Made by a program: the position numbers and the translations under genes. A stretch of 64,000 nt of DNA from Halocafeteria seosinensis (lineage: Eukaryota), in the NCBI GenBank assembly GCA_001687465.1, contig LVLI01000386.1, positions 62,001 through 126,000 of the forward strand. Reading direction: 5' to 3'. Below, one piece after another: positions 1-14,229 of this stretch. Numbering within the stretch: position 1 is the stretch's first letter; every line of letters starts with the position of its first letter. The notes beneath the pieces are model-generated. The model saw only the letters and a list, made by a program, of their open reading frames with translations. It searched no databases and had not been told where the DNA came from.

Positions 1-2290
1 CTCCAAAATTCATCTCAAGAAGACTCACCACCGGAGAACTCATGGTAAATTCATACTGCCACAGAGGATAATTGTAGTGTTTGTGACACCAGTCATTTTG
101 AATGTTGTCAAACCATCTATGGGAAAACCCGCACACCTCTCCAACGAATCCGTGGGTATGGTAGAGGTCTGATAAATCAACTGCGGCAGCCCGCAGAATT
201 GCCCTTCCGGGAAACGTTACACAGTCATACTCTATTGTGCGAGCGATTGCTGAGCTTCTGTACCAATAGTTGAGTGCCATCCAGATTTGCTGATTGCTCA
301 TCTGGTAGTAGTATGCTTCTCCTGAGATAGCCACGATTCCTGTTGCAGCCCCCTCGGTCGTTTTGGCATCTTCATCCTCGAACATTTCTGTGGTCTCAAC
401 CAAGTTCTCTGCTACTAAAAATCGTTCTAGAAAGTCTTCGTCTTCCAAAGAATAGGAGAGCGCCCGAGCAACTTGAGTCCAGACCATTTGAGACATTTCT
501 TTATCCTCTAGTGTTACTACATCACCAAAACTGAAATTGGAACAGCTTTGAAACGCTGCCATTACAAGAGCACACACACTGCCGTCTGATATGTCGATAG
601 CTGCACGGCATCGTCCGTTCGTCTGCCCAAGGTTTTCAAGGTTCTTTGAAACTGTTGCACACAAAGTGTCGGTGTAGAGTTTTGAATTCAGCATGGCTAT
701 CCGCTCGATACTGTTTAGTTCATGAAGCCCACATACACATTGGTTCTCTTCAATTAAATCCATGTCTTCAGAATTTGCCGATATAGTTTCTTGTACTACC
801 ATGAACCGAATCCTCACGTCGGTTGCCACACAATGTAAACTAAGCCTCATTCCTTTCTGCAAAGGGTGAACTCGGTCAACTAAAGGATGAACACATTGCA
901 CCCAATGATCTTGCCAGCCCCAAAGCTCCTCTTTGCGCTGCTTCTTGGTGCAGTCTGATGAAAATTGAGGCGTGTTCAAAAACATTGGCCGCGTACTGTA
1001 AACATGGGGCAAAGGGTCATTTCCGAGTTGCCAGTCGACCCCACCAATCGAACCTATGGATTCACTCAACAACGTCAAGTCCCACCATATTGCGACCACA
1101 TCTGCATTTCCCGCGCGTTCGACGGGAGTATTAATGACGACCCCTTCATCGGGGAGAACTTCGCCGCTCTTATCCACTACGTATCCTTTCCGCATATCTA
1201 CACGAAAACATTCAAATTCTCCCGACAGTGGTTCTATGTGGTTTCTGATGGAATCCAAGTGCACAGGCATCAGCAGCGAAACGGGGCAGGAATCTTGGTC
1301 AGTTTTTCCCATGGCCTCAACCCAATCCTTTCTAGATATTGGAATATTCACCGTTTTGCCTCCACTCGGCACTGTAAGTGATGTGTCTCTGGTATCAAAG
1401 AAGCTTCGACACAGTGGACTACTTAGTATTTGTCCGTATACTATAGCAGATTCTGGTATCAAAACAGGTTCTTCCACCAACAATTCTTGTCGAGCGTGCC
1501 GAATCACGGGAAGCACGGCTTCTCCCAGGAGTGCGCTATCCAGAATTTCAGATACCATTATATCACATCGCTGAGGAATATCATACTCTTGCGCATCAGA
1601 CCCTTTGGGGGCGACCGTAAGATCAGTGCTCTTCTTGGCAAAAACATCAACTGGACCAATCGGTTCCCCGTACACATTTTTCACTTCCTCTCCGGTAGTG
1701 GTTGTAAAGTTTTCTTCCACAGTTTTCTTTGCAATATAAGCCAACGATTCAAACATTTCACAGGCGTACACATGTTTTGCCCCAGCACGTGCTGCCATCA
1801 TGGACAGCAGTCCCGTTCCACATCCAACATCCAATACCACTGGAGCTCGTCCATGGCGTTCTCGAAACTTGGCAATCGCCGCCCGAAGTGCCGCGTCGTA
1901 TTTGACGTTCCTCTGCTTGTCTTTGAGCATGGACGCCATCTGACTAGTGGATATGGCTTCGTGGAATTTGGATTCCTGACTTGCTGCAGGATTCCACTGG
2001 AGTCCCCCGAATTGAGGGTCCAATGAAGCCGATAAGACCACTTGTTCGGGCTCATTCTCACTGCCTTCCACATTGATATTGGGAACAACGACGCTCTCTT
2101 CGGCATTGGCCGTCTCGAGAGCATCGTGCGCGTCGAGACCACTCCCGGCTCGATCGCCGGCGAGCGCACCACTATACTGCACAACATATAAAGTACAGTA
2201 CACCGCCCATTACTGTTGTACAACCAATGGTCAGAAATCATGATCCCCACAGAGATACGTTCGCCTTACCTTATTCGATCCACTGTACAT
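1..2290 (-). CDS. PRMT7: Protein arginine N-methyltransferase 7-like (3' end runs off the window; 7-codon first exon, intron ~2178-2269)
   Basis: Absent from the ORF track. Manual minus-strand translation gives MASMLKDKQRNVKYDAALRAAI, the SAM motif VLDVGCGTGLLSMMAARAGA, the double-E loop VSEILDSALLGE, WQDHWVQ, and a second module (GEAYYYQ...NYWYR), consistent with the duplicated PRMT7 architecture. Confidence 0.85.
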
Positions 2291-2355
2291 TTTCTGCCTA
2301 TGGTGGTAGATGAAGGGAACGACAATACCTACTCTTGAATATAAGTGATGTTTAT

Positions 2356-5183
2356 TCACACAATGGCATGGTGGCGGTACAGGGAGTCGCGCACTCTATT
2401 GAAGTGATCCCCCACAACGCCCTCAATCGAAACACGCCCTGTTTGGGGATGTCGACGGACGACTATATTCGACTTCTCGAAGACGAGCGAGCCGTGCTTG
2501 AATTCACTCGTCATCCTGCGCTCTTCAGGGAGACGCCGTAAGCTTTCGCGGACCTGGGTTAATGGGATTAATTGGTCCCGGAGAAGTAGCGGATGATGAG
2601 AGTCTTCGTCCGTCAAACCCGAAGGAACGATTTCATACTGAGTTGATTTATCGGGTGATTGTTTCTCTTGTAATGCTGCGCTGAGATAAGTGACCCTGTG
2701 GTTGCCGACTGTGGCGAACCGCAGGGGACGTAAACTTTCTTTACCAAAAGTAGCTTCCATATACATCCCTCCAGTGGACAAGTCTAGTGTCTCTTTTGCA
2801 TGAGGGACATCTACTGTACGGCACTGAGGAAAGTTTGCACTGGTATTTCGGAGCCATTCTCCGGCTTCTGGCGAAGAATGCACAACGACAAGTCTGCGAG
2901 GATCTACTTTCTCAAGGATATTATTGATACTCTTTGCGTCGGCCCTTCCTTCGAAATTAATAGTCTTGACCCTACAATTCACGGTCAGCTCCAACTCCTC
3001 CACAATAGATTTCGTGGGCAGTGACTCCTCTGTGTCTGTCATAACCCTATCTTCCTCTGGATTTAGTGCTGTAGACACTGACGACTGCTCCTTTTCGGTG
3101 ACCAGTGCAGCAGCAACTTGTTCGGCGGTAGAGAAACGACTATGTTGCTGCAATCCTGCGTTGAACTGACTGGGATCAAGAGCATTACCCCATGGTGTTT
3201 CCTCAATTCCATCTGTGGGATCATCTGAATTAAACATTGCCCACTTAAACTTCAGTATATCCCTCCAAGAAGTAGTATCCTTTTCAGAGGGCTGCTTGCT
3301 ATCTCCATTTTGCATAGCTACATCCTCTGTATCCGCTTGTGCGGATGTGTGCTCAGCCATTTCACGAGCGATAGCCTCCTCAGTACGTTTAGCTTCTGTA
3401 TGTATACAAACGATGATTAATGAGTATTGCTACCGTTTCCCAAAAAAGATTCATTATCATTCTAGGGCGCAAGTGAGAAAATAATCAAGTAAAACATACC
3501 TGCTTCACGTTCCTCAGCTTGTTGTTTTAGCTGTTCCTTCCTTCTCCATTCATTGAGCTCATTTTCGGAGAGAGGCACTTTTCTCCATGACGTAACAGAC
3601 ACAGCTGAATTACTCCCCGATGGTAAGCCAATACTCCCGAGAAGCCCACCTGTTAAGTCCGAAAACGCTCGAGCGGCCACGGGGTCTGGTTCTACGTACA
3701 GCTCTTCCAAAGTTCTCGCAGTGGTTCCCTCCTCCGATCGTTGGAGTAGGAAAACGGCGTTTTTACTGTTATCGCACCATTCCGTAAATAATGTTCTCGA
3801 AAACCCGTAATCGAGGCTCGGTAACGATGTGACTACACATTTTGGAGACTTGATCTGTTTCAGCGCTTGCAGCGAGTTCACCACCTGGACATGTTTCAGA
3901 TCAAATGGGTTTTCGTTGTCTTTAACAAATTTTCTCACGATTTTTTCATTCATCCATTCCAATTCTGTCTTAACGAATTGTAAAATATTCTTCGCCACAT
4001 GATTTAGGAAAACAAGCGGATAATTTGGGTTCCAGGATTCGTCCAATCTCAATAGGAGTTCTAAGACTCGACCCGCACAATCTCCAGCAAATAATACATT
4101 ACCACCAGAACGTAGTGAGTATAGTGCTGCATTACTGATCGATTGTTCTTTGGACACTGTATTAGATTTTTGCATCATCGCTCGTTCCTTATGCAGAGGA
4201 TCTAACGCCTCGTAGGCATCTGTAATAAGTACTGTGGGATGTTGAAATTCAGTTAGAGACGCCAGGGACGTTTCCGCCACATGCAGTTCTGAGCGATGAC
4301 TCCAATCCACAGCGTATATAATATGCTCTGCGCCTTTGCTTATCGACCATATAGCTCCCCCTAGAACTCGACCAGAAGGACCTGCTACCAGCTTGATATC
4401 TTTCAAGTAGACCTCCTCAAAGTATCGCAATTGATGACACTGTCCGTCATACTCTACTTGTCGGAAAGCATTATCTATTTGATCCTGGAGGGAAAGTCAA
4501 CAGTAAAGGCATGTGTACATGTTGAAGATCGACGAAAATTTTTTCAGCGGTGCATGTCGGTGCTTACTAAAGTAATTATATCCACATCTCTCATGTCATT
4601 CACTGAGAGGAACGCATCATATAAAAACATCTGCAGCAGAATAACCGAGAATTAGCATCATCCACAGCAATTGGATAGTATTCCGAAAGAATTATCTTTT
4701 GACATACTTGGCCCATTTTATGGACTGGAATCGTCATCAGTACTGGTGCCCTGCATTTCAGCTGCAAACCACAACTGTTCCATCCAAAGCTATCGTAGCA
4801 TACCGACCCAATTGACCTAATCTTACCTTCCCAATGAGGTACGGAAGAGCCCCTACATGTGCTAAGTCTGGCTGAGAGATGACAATAGCGTCGATATCAC
4901 CAGCTACCTGGTGTAATTCTTTCACGATTTGCTCCTCAAAGCGTTCATCCCACCCACAATCCAAGAGGATTGTGGTCTTATCCGTGAACGACCCACTGGC
5001 ATCCTCTCCTTCGGACTCATATGTTGTGGTTATGGTCAGAAGATAACACAAAATCGACGTGTACGCATCATGAGTGCCGTACAATGGTGTAAAAGAGACA
5101 TTAACTTGCTGCCTCTGCTGGGATTGAGTCCCTCTACTATACTTCACCACACCCTTTTCCTGGGCTGATTTCCGGTCCGCCAT
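2356..5183 (-). CDS. CPSF2: Cleavage and polyadenylation specificity factor subunit 2 (CPSF100), multi-exon
   Basis: Motifs ILLDCGWD, DAIVISQPDLAHVGALPY, GRVLGGAIW, AGRVLELL, ELEWMN and FEGRAD match the catalytically inactive MBL/beta-CASP fold of CPSF100. Joins ORFs 4758-5195, 3462-4430 and 2356-3360. Confidence 0.92.
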
Positions 5184-5328
5184 CTTTGTTCTCAACTATA
5201 TTAACATATACCGTCCAAAATACCCTCAACACATACATGTGCAGTGTGTTTACGTCTCCAACCAGGTCCAACCTCTAGAGTCCCGGCTGGAGAAGACAAT
5301 CTTTTCGTTTACTTATATGTTCTGGCAC

Positions 5329-6143
5329 CACTGCGACCGTGGCGCGTGGGACGCGTGGGACGCGTTTTTCGCCATCCCAATCCCAGGGTTGGTCCCACAA
5401 AATGTAATTGGGACAGACAGTGATGAGAAACTTCTTTTCGCACGATCATGTCTATTTTGGGGGATATACGAGCTTTCTGTAGCTCTCAAACCTACCGGTA
5501 TTTTCAGCCAGCATCGTCCCGTACTGCTGCGTACACACTGGTATCTGTCACATACAGTAGGTGTGTGTATACCGGAACTCAAGGGAATTCCAATTCGCTC
5601 TTTGGAGGGGAGCCAATTGCTGCGCCTCCAGTACTCCACCGCCATCAAGATGGCATAGAAATAACCATAATAGACGTTTTGCAATTGCCATAGACTTGCA
5701 ACTCCTAGCGACTTCGATTCTCTCAGTCTCTGTACAGTATCTACGGTGATTCACCGACGATCGAAGGAGCATCGACAAAGCCCAGAAAAGCCGAAGTTTC
5801 AACGTTGTCTATGTCAATATCTTTAAGCAACTGGTTCACCTCAAGTTCTACGTTCCTCTACCAGTAAAGTTATCCGCGTTTTCTTCACAATTCAGTGACC
5901 AGTGTGCCGTCTGGTTGAGATTGCTACAGGGCTGCGGGGAAGTAGAGTAGAAGTTGTACGCCGAATATTAATAGAGGTTACGCCGATAGTGTATATCGCA
6001 TGTTGGTACTTATTAGACAGTAGCACTAATGTACCTGATATGCTCTCATCTCGTGTCCCAGCCAACTTTTCAAGATCCCACACCCGGGATGGGACACGAC
6101 CCTCCTTGACAGGAGTCCTTGTCCCACGCGCCTTGGCCCACTG
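5329..6143. mobile_element. Degenerate non-autonomous DNA transposon (hAT-like MITE)
   Basis: Perfect 12-bp inverted repeat GGCGCGTGGGAC (5341-5352) / GTCCCACGCGCC (6121-6132), extendable to imperfect ends CACTG.../...CACTG. Flanking 8-mers TCTGGCAC (5321-5328) and GCTGGAAC (6144-6151) match at 6/8. GGGAC/GTCCC motifs cluster near both ends. Confidence 0.5.
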
Positions 6144-6370
6144 GCTGGAACATGCGCTGTATACAGGTACAGTGAGTGCATGGTTCAGGGTTGTGAGCGC
6201 CAGTGACCAGGAGTGTATGTTGAAGGCCAATTTACGTCATTTTGGCTCCATCTTCATTCGAATATCATAGCCAAAGGCGCTATTCGCTTTGGGGTTTACT
6301 GACGCGACCTCAAAAGTGGTGTTTGATACCATTTGGATTCGAGTTACATGCACCCTGTTCTGTCAAGCCA

Positions 6371-8048
6371 ATGGGAGGCAGTACGGCGGAAACCAATGGG
6401 TATGGCGACGAGACCAGAGGCGTATCGGAGCCGCTGAGTGGCTCACAAACAGGTGGAACCTATGGTTCTGTGGGTGAGAATAAACCGAAAACCACGGAGA
6501 AGAGCGCTTTCCAGAAAGATCAACAGAAAAAGCGATGGATGTTAGCAATTTCGGCACACACAGTTATTCTCATCTTAGGCCTCCGCTACACAGCACCCGT
6601 GTGGCTGCCTGATATTAAGGACCAACTTTCGCTGACACAGGCTCAAATGAGTATCGTGGGTTTCTGCTTGTACGCTGGATCACTTGTCGTTGGCATTCCT
6701 ATCAACAGAACACTACAGAGGTTTTTCGGGAAGACGGCCGCATTCTGGATAGCGGCAATGTGCGCACCGCTGGGCTATTTGTATCTCCACTTTGCTCTGG
6801 TGAAGGGGATCAAAAACGTGATCCCTCTGTACATCATCAGCGTGGTTGTGGGGTACACCACTGGTGGTTCCTATATCACAATCCTGGAACTTTTGACAGA
6901 GAGGCTGGGAAACGCTTACTTGCCCATCCTAAGTGGTTCCACGAACCTCTGTTATAGTCTTGGTGGTGTCACAGGATGTCTCGGTTACATGCACAATCAC
7001 AATACCGAAAAATTCCTACTTGCGTTATCGGTGCTGCATTTTATTGTTTGGATCCCTATTGGGATCACACAATACCTTCGAGATCGAGTTATTCCCCAAG
7101 ATCCGAAAGACTCGGAGAAAGCGGATGGTACGAAAGAAATAGAAAAAGACGCCGAGGATCACGAGGATGCGGAGGTTCCCAATGGTTACTCCCAAGAATA
7201 TGACGATAAAAAGCCTTTAACATCGGAAAGTCAGGACAAGGCAATGGAAGGGACCCAAGCTTCGATAATTCAGTCCTATAAACGCATTGGGAAACTTCCC
7301 TCGTATTACTTCGTCATGGTATCGATGTTCTTGATGTATGGTGTCATGACGTCGATTGCAACGAACTTGGGAAGCATGGCCGTTTCGCTTGGAGCATCAG
7401 CTGAACAAGTAAGTTTGGGTGCGTTTCTGTACTGCTCTCGGATTCCAGTCTAAGTACACCTGAAACCTGCAGGTTAATCAAACCATCTTGATTATGATGG
7501 GTGCGCAAGGCGTCGGTCGCATGGCAGTTTTGGCAGCCAACAGTTTCGTCAAATACCATATATCCGGTCGAACGAGCATGGTGCCTGGCCGGGTACCAAA
7601 TGCTGGTCTCCTCGTTTGTATCTTCATCGGCACAGTCTTAGTGATAGCATGCAGTTTGGGCGCTGCTCGAGACTGGACTAACGTGCAGCAACTCGCAGGT
7701 TTCAGTGTTGTATATGGCTTCGTCTACGGTATGATGTGGGTTCTGAGTCCTCAGATATCTCAGTTCGTGGACACAGACGGTACACTTGTAGCCATTCTCC
7801 TCATGACGATCTTCCCATTCGCGGGTGTAGGAGCGCTGGTGTTTCATCTGATTGTCGGAAATCTCTACGACAATTACCATGGGACTAGCAAGGGTGATAA
7901 CGGCGCGTTGCAATGTGATGGTACGGGCTGCTTCCAAGCAGGCTTTGGCGTATGGACCGCAGGCGCTGGAATCTTGCTGGGACTTTCAGTTCTGTATATC
8001 TTTTTCCACTACAAGCGTACACGGGATATCTGGACTGCTCCAACTTAA
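6371..8048 (+). CDS. Major facilitator superfamily transporter (nodulin-like/OFA-type), one intron ~7409-7472
   Basis: Two blocks of about 6 hydrophobic helices separated by a charged loop. C-terminal G.LYD...C.G..CF motif as in plant nodulin-like MFS proteins. Confidence 0.8.
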
Positions 8049-8232
8049 ACTAGTGAAGGTATTTAAGTATATATCAGAGAAGTGCCATATCCTGGTGTTT
8101 ATTAGTTAGATCGAAATCTTTGGGTTGTGTTTCAATTGGTGCTGAGAGAAAACTTGAGGTGTTCTTTTTAGAATATTACACCACGCGCATAATTTTTCAT
8201 TCTTAGTGCCTCTTTCCATCAGCACAAGGAAA

Positions 8233-9158
8233 ATGAAGTGTTATTATCGCGATCTACATGATCTTCGAGACGACAGTGTCTCCTACAATAGTCTGGCTCT
8301 GGAAGAGGGAGTAAGAATTCCTGCGTATCATGAAGTATGTCCGGTGGATTCCTCGAGGGTTTGCCTTTTCCATTTAACCGACTCAATGGTGATATGAACA
8401 CTTCATCTTCAGATATGGACGTTCCAAGATGGAGATCCTGACGCTACTATTCGAGATTGGGAGAAGTTGATGAGAGCTGTATACAGCCCCGAGAAGGACT
8501 CAATTCCTCTCCAGATGTGGTTTCCAGGACTTGTCGATGCTTCCTCAAATCAAAGTGCGCATGGTGATGGTCATTCCGAGAGTGATAAACCTCCAGATGC
8601 TGCCTACTTGAGGAACGAAATCCTAACGCGCTCCGATTTCGATTCCTCCGGCATGTTTTTCATTACTCAGAGGTGCGTGAGACGCGAAAATCATCGTATG
8701 CGTCTTTTTGAGCTATGAAGTAATGCCCTCCAACGTGATGTGCAAGCAGGAGTACGCTGGTAGGCTCGGCCATCGCCTTCGCACCGCCGTCCTCCGAGGA
8801 ATCGGAAGTAAAATGGTTGACAGTTCACCCGGACCATAGAAGACATGGTGTAGGGACAGCATTGGTGTGTGGTACAGTGGGTGCTGAGCGTCTCGATGCA
8901 CGCTGACCAACGTCAAGGAGTTGGATATGCTTCTATTGCCTTGCAGATGGATTTGTGTTGCAACTACTTGTCAAGGAAATGCAAACGGAATTGGGTAACG
9001 ATGGAAATTGAAGACGATAATGAGAGCGCTCACAAGTTCTTAGCGTACCATGGTAAGCTGAACGATGCAATATAAGTAGTTGCGGGTTAGATCGGATATT
9101 TTATGTATGGCTATGGAACCAAGATGCAGGATTCAAAAAGAAAGAAGGAATGTCCTGA
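8233..9158 (+). CDS. GNAT-family N-acetyltransferase, multi-exon (start uncertain)
   Basis: Manual splicing gives ...EVKWLTVHPDHRRHGVGTAL|MDLCC...EDDNESAHKFLAYH|GFKKKEGMS*. This contains the acetyl-CoA-binding motif A (R/Q-x-x-G-x-G) and the N..A..F....GF motif. Confidence 0.75.
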
Positions 9159-9171
9159 AGCAGAAGACAGA

Positions 9172-12100
9172 TCACTCTCCGCTCTTCGAAAGATTTTGGG
9201 CTTCACTCCAAAAGGATAGGATAACAGCATCGTCAAGACCGTTTACGACTTCTTCCGGGTTATTTATTTCAGTGCTGTTTTGTATTCCGGTTACCGAGAG
9301 GAAACGTTCAAGAAGCTGCGATGCTCCATACGGGCTGACGGAAGTCGAACGAGCCTGTGTTGGCGAACTGTCCTGCTCGCATTGCCGCTTTTCCCCTACT
9401 CTAGGCCTTTTCTCCAGTTCCATTACCGTTTCTAGAGATTTTTCAAACTCCTCGGACTTTTCTTTGGCCCGCTGGATGACCTCTTCAGGAAGCCGGGCTA
9501 AACGGGCTACGTTTAATCCATAGCTCTTAGGACAGGCTCCATGTTTCAAACGATATAGAAACGTCACGGAAGAAGCGGTATCCTTTCCGTCCTCCACCAT
9601 GCAGTCCATGTGCGCCATGTCTACCTTCGGGTCTTGTTCGAATTCTTCACACAGCGTGTGATAGTGAGTGGCAAAGAGAGTTCTTGTCCCCACTTTCTTT
9701 GTCAAATTCCTTGTCACGGCGTACGCGATGGCGTTTCCGTCGAATGTGGACGTCCCTCTCCCAAGTTCATCCAAAATAACCAGTGATTGCGAGGAAGCAC
9801 TATGCAGGATTGTAGACGTTTCTGCTAATTCTACAAAGAAGGTCGACTGGCCTGCCAAAATGCGATCACTTGCTCCCACCCTCGTAAATATGCGGTCAAC
9901 AGGGGTTAAGCGAATTGCTTCTGCAGGAACGTAACCCCCTATCTGGGCCAAAATGGTTGCCATGCACGTTTGCCGTAGCAAGGTACTCTTTCCGCCCATG
10001 TTCGGACCTGTCAGTAGAACACAAGGGGCTTCCTTAGCATTTACACCTCGCCCACCAGCAGAGGGGGCAGTTTTTGAGGCGTCCAGTGGTCTCTCCTTCC
10101 CTAGAACGACATCGTTCGGAACGTAGCTGCTAAACCCAAGGGTGCTACCTGAGCCATCTTGCAGGCCCACTGTAATACAAGGGTGGCGTCCAGCCTTGAT
10201 GTCGGAAAATGCCTCTGTCGATGTGGGCCAAAGCTCGGCCAGTTTGCTCTGTTCTTTGGCATCCTCGTGACAAACGAATTGCGGACGGCACATCATTCCA
10301 GCACCATCTCCGTGCTGGCTCCAATATGCTAAAGCTAACAAAGCATCCAATATCCCTACACACGTAGTAGCAGCACTCCAGGCCCCACGATGTGCGTCAA
10401 ATCGCTCGAACAGTGCACGTGTAGAATCGCGGAGTGCATCTTCGCGTCGCTTTTCCGCGGCTTCCAGTTCTTCCAAATACTCTTTTATCTCCGGAGTCCA
10501 GAAACGCCGTACCGGATCCTTTCCCTTCCGTTGGCTCTTAACTTCGTAACTGTTAGGTACCTTGGATGCCATGTTTTCTGGGATCTCCAGAAGAAACCGG
10601 TCCTTCATCATATCTATATATTTAATCTTCCATCCGATTAACTTTTCCTGACTCTTTCTAAAGTCTTCCAATTTCTCTTTAATATCCCGAATTTCATCAC
10701 AGGCTGCATCGTAGGCATTATCTACACCACGCCGAGGCACAACGTATCCATATTTCTCTGCCTCCTTCGGATCGAAGGCATTGTCGAAGAATTGCAAAAT
10801 ATCCGACAGATCAGGCAACGCTCGGTACACCAACTCATTCAATAAACGGGAAACAACACCCGGGTGCACTGATGTGTTATCCACAAACAAATTCCTAATT
10901 TTCTGTATAGTATGAAAACCTCGGAGAGCTGTTGTGAGATCCCTCATTCTCCTCTTGGAATATGTTTCGGCTTCATACATCATGGCTCTAGCCTGGGGAT
11001 GTTCAGTTGCCAAGTGCTTACTAGAGTTTCGGTGTATCCTAGCCAATATTCTCTCTAGATCCGGCATACCAGACAGCATAGAGCGGACCTTGTCTGCTTT
11101 GCCTTGTATATCTTCAACAGAGCTTGCATCGACGCTGTCTTCCTCAGCAAGCAATAGTCCTGCTTTGCACAGAGCTTTTTGCGATTCAACTTGGCCAGAC
11201 GCAGGGAAGTTTCCCATCAGGTTCTCAACCGCACAGAGGCGTTTTTCAATATCTTGCACTCGGTAGAGCGGTTTTGTCACCCATTCCCGGAGAATGCGGC
11301 GCCCGAAAGCACTAAACGCACCATCTAGAATTGAGAATAGCGTTCCTTTCGTACCTCCGTCGTAGGAATTTTCCAAGATTTCTAGGTTCAGCAGCGTGTT
11401 TGCGTCCATGGACATCTTGTCGCATTGCTCCGTTTCCCGTCGAAGCTGCGTCGCAGCAGCAGATACCTGTAAAAAGAATTCCGTCGCTAGACTGCTCCGC
11501 TCTTGTAGGATACCTCTAAGAGAACTACTTACAACGTCGACGACACCCTCTTCCAGCTCAACGGCCTCTTCCGCTTGCTCTTCCCCGTTGGTCTCTTTAG
11601 CCGGCTCAGAGAGCACGGGCTCCCACTGCACCCCTCTATTGTGTGAGTATGAAGCAAATCGCTTTGCGGTCAACAGTTCTCGTTCAATCAAGCATCTTTG
11701 CAGATGATAGAGCACACTACCGAAGGAGTATAGAGCTAATACACCTAAACAGCGTTCCGTTTCCTCTTCATTACTCCCCGGGAGGTGAGATTCCCAGCTA
11801 TGCCGCTGCGCATTCTGTACTGCAGCTCTCAAGGACCAGGGTAGCTTATCCAAGTTATCTGAGCCGAAGTCATCTTCCTGGGAGACCTCCTGTTCTGCTG
11901 TACCGAAATAATTTCGATGAATACAACTAGCAATAGCGGCCTTCGGCGAGTATGTTTCACCTGTATACTTCTTCGGAAGATTTACCCCAGATTGTTTTGA
12001 ATTGCTCGGCTTAATAGCATTAGGGGGGATCTCTTCATTGTTCAGTTCCGTACGTACGCTACCAGCTGCATCATAGCGTAGAAAACGTTGAGTTATCTCA

Positions 12101-14229
12101 GTGAGGCCGTTCCGCCGGTAGACGAGTTCGGCTGGAGGCATCCTCGCCATCATCGTCCGTAGCTTCGTTCTTTGGCGATCATCTACGAATTCCGTAAGAA
12201 CAATCCTGTCTGTTGCCGTGTCCACACAGCAAGCCCCAATGTGCGTGCGGTCGTCGTCCTCCTCACTCAGGGTTGTCCCCTCCCGGTTGTCTCTTAGAGG
12301 GGTCTCTGTTAGCGAAAGCAACCATTGTTCCATGGTATCTGTGCAACCGATATTGGATACAGATACACTCGCGTCTTCCGGAGCTTGAACAACATCCATG
12401 TCTCCATGTAAACGGGTCCCTCGGCTCTTAATCCCGCACAACTCCCGTCGCACAACCTGAGGCTTTGGACCCTCTGAACGCATAGCATGCCAAACCTTAG
12501 CTTGATATGAAGCATAGACCCGAACTGTACGTGTCCAACTTACTGGTAACTTTTTTCCGTTCAGCTAACTCTTGGGGAGTTTCTGTTTGCTCTACCCGAG
12601 AAATTCGAAACCCTCGATCCACTAACTGCTCCGAGAATCGTCCGTATGCGCTTTCAGGGAACCCGGCATGAGCTTGAAAACCCTGTAACAAAAGCTCTTT
12701 AGATAACACTTCATAACTGTGGTAAGATTATTGAATTCCTAGAACGAACCTTCATGTAAATACAATCAAGTTCCCGGACGAGGACATCCGCATCCATGTG
12801 AAAAAGTTCGTAGAACTTGCCTTGCTGCGAGCGAGGGAAATAAGTTATTGGTACGTGCCATCAGGAAGCACAGCTTGTACATACTTTGAAACAGAGTAGA
12901 GTATCCATGTTATGGCTCTTAAATTCCCACCATTGTTTTCCAGCGGGAGTACAGTATTTTTTGTTTTCCAAAAACTCCTTGGGAACAAACAACGTCCGTG
13001 GGTTGAAATCCGGATGATCCTGGGGTCGCCCTTCGCTGCAAAACAAACCATATCAGATAAGGTTGCCGAGAGGTGCGCAAGAGTGAAACGAACTATACTC
13101 ACGCGTCTTTGCGCTCCTCGTACAGCCACGGTAGAGTATCATGAAGATGCTCACCAGCTGGGAACATCCCACTCCGTTTGGCAGTTTCATCCGTTATCTT
13201 CGTTCCACCGTAGCCATACTTCTTGCGGGCCATGTCAGACTTTAAGTCTGGACTATAACCCTGTTTCGTCCTACCATAACCCCAGCTGTGCCCAAGGCGA
13301 TTCCGTTGAGCAATATTGGAGGCCACTTCAGCCATTGATTGACCGGTAGCGCTCCCTGATCCAGCTTCAGCCTCAATCTTTTCCATAAAGGAATTATGTG
13401 TTTGCGGTGCCCCACTAGAGGCAGCCGATTTCGTTGCACCAGTTTGTTTCTTAGTCTGGGGCGCTTTTTTCTTGGAAGGCTTTTTGGCCGGTGGTTCATC
13501 ATCATCGTCTTCCGTGTCTGGCTCAGACTGAGCCTCTCCGTCGCTCTCTTTTTCTGCCACAACAAAACTGCCTAGGCTTTCATCACTGGAGCTCTCATCA
13601 CCCCCGCTGAATTCACTGGATTCGTCATCATCCTCTGCCTCCGAGTCATCGCCATCGCTAAGATCAGCTTTAACGCGCTTCTGTTTTTTCTGGGCCTTCT
13701 TCTTGCTATCCTTTTTCGGACCGCTCTTCTTCTGCTGCTGCTTGCCCTGCTTTGCTTGCTCTGCGCGTTTACGGAGCTTTTTGCGGCCTGTTTTCGTCTG
13801 TGTAGCCACATCTTCATCACTGTCGCTGTCATCGTTGACAGCTGCGGGGGATTTGGCCGGGGTGAAAGACTCCTTTTCCTCTTGCTGCTTTTGTCCAGAC
13901 TGTTTCCCCACTGGAGTTGTGCTCTTGTGAGGCTGCTGTTGTTGTCCATGTGTCTTGTCGGTACCATTATCGTTCGTAGGCTCTCGAGATCCAGGAGAGC
14001 TCGAGGATGATTTGGGCTGGGTTTTGGTCTCTCCTGCTTTCATTGTCGTCGTTTTGTTTCGGTTGACCGCTGATTTCGTCGTCATGGGGTTGTCATCATC
14101 CTCTACCACCTTCTTCTCGGGAGCTTGCTTTCCCTTTGTATGGGAGCTGGTGGAGGAAGAAGAGGGAGATTGTTGCTTGGAAGCGCTTCCATCTTTCTTC
14201 CCAAAGAACGAGAACAAATTGGCCTGCAT
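9172..14229 (-). CDS. MSH6: DNA mismatch repair protein MSH6, multi-exon
   Basis: N-terminal PIP box MQANLFSFF, long acidic/basic disordered region, mismatch-binding GKFYELF, Walker A GPNMGGKS, DELGRGTST and FATHYH. Confidence 0.95.

Noticed and set aside
343..2250. Listed ORFs on both strands (e.g. 965-1381, 1430-2026, 1798-2250)
   Set aside because: These are shadow frames of the PRMT7 reading frame, which the ORF track missed because it runs off the window.
5540..5690. Minus-strand VEYWRRSNWLP...IPLSS as a hAT dimerisation-domain remnant
   Set aside because: The resemblance is too short and wrongly spaced to support by eye.
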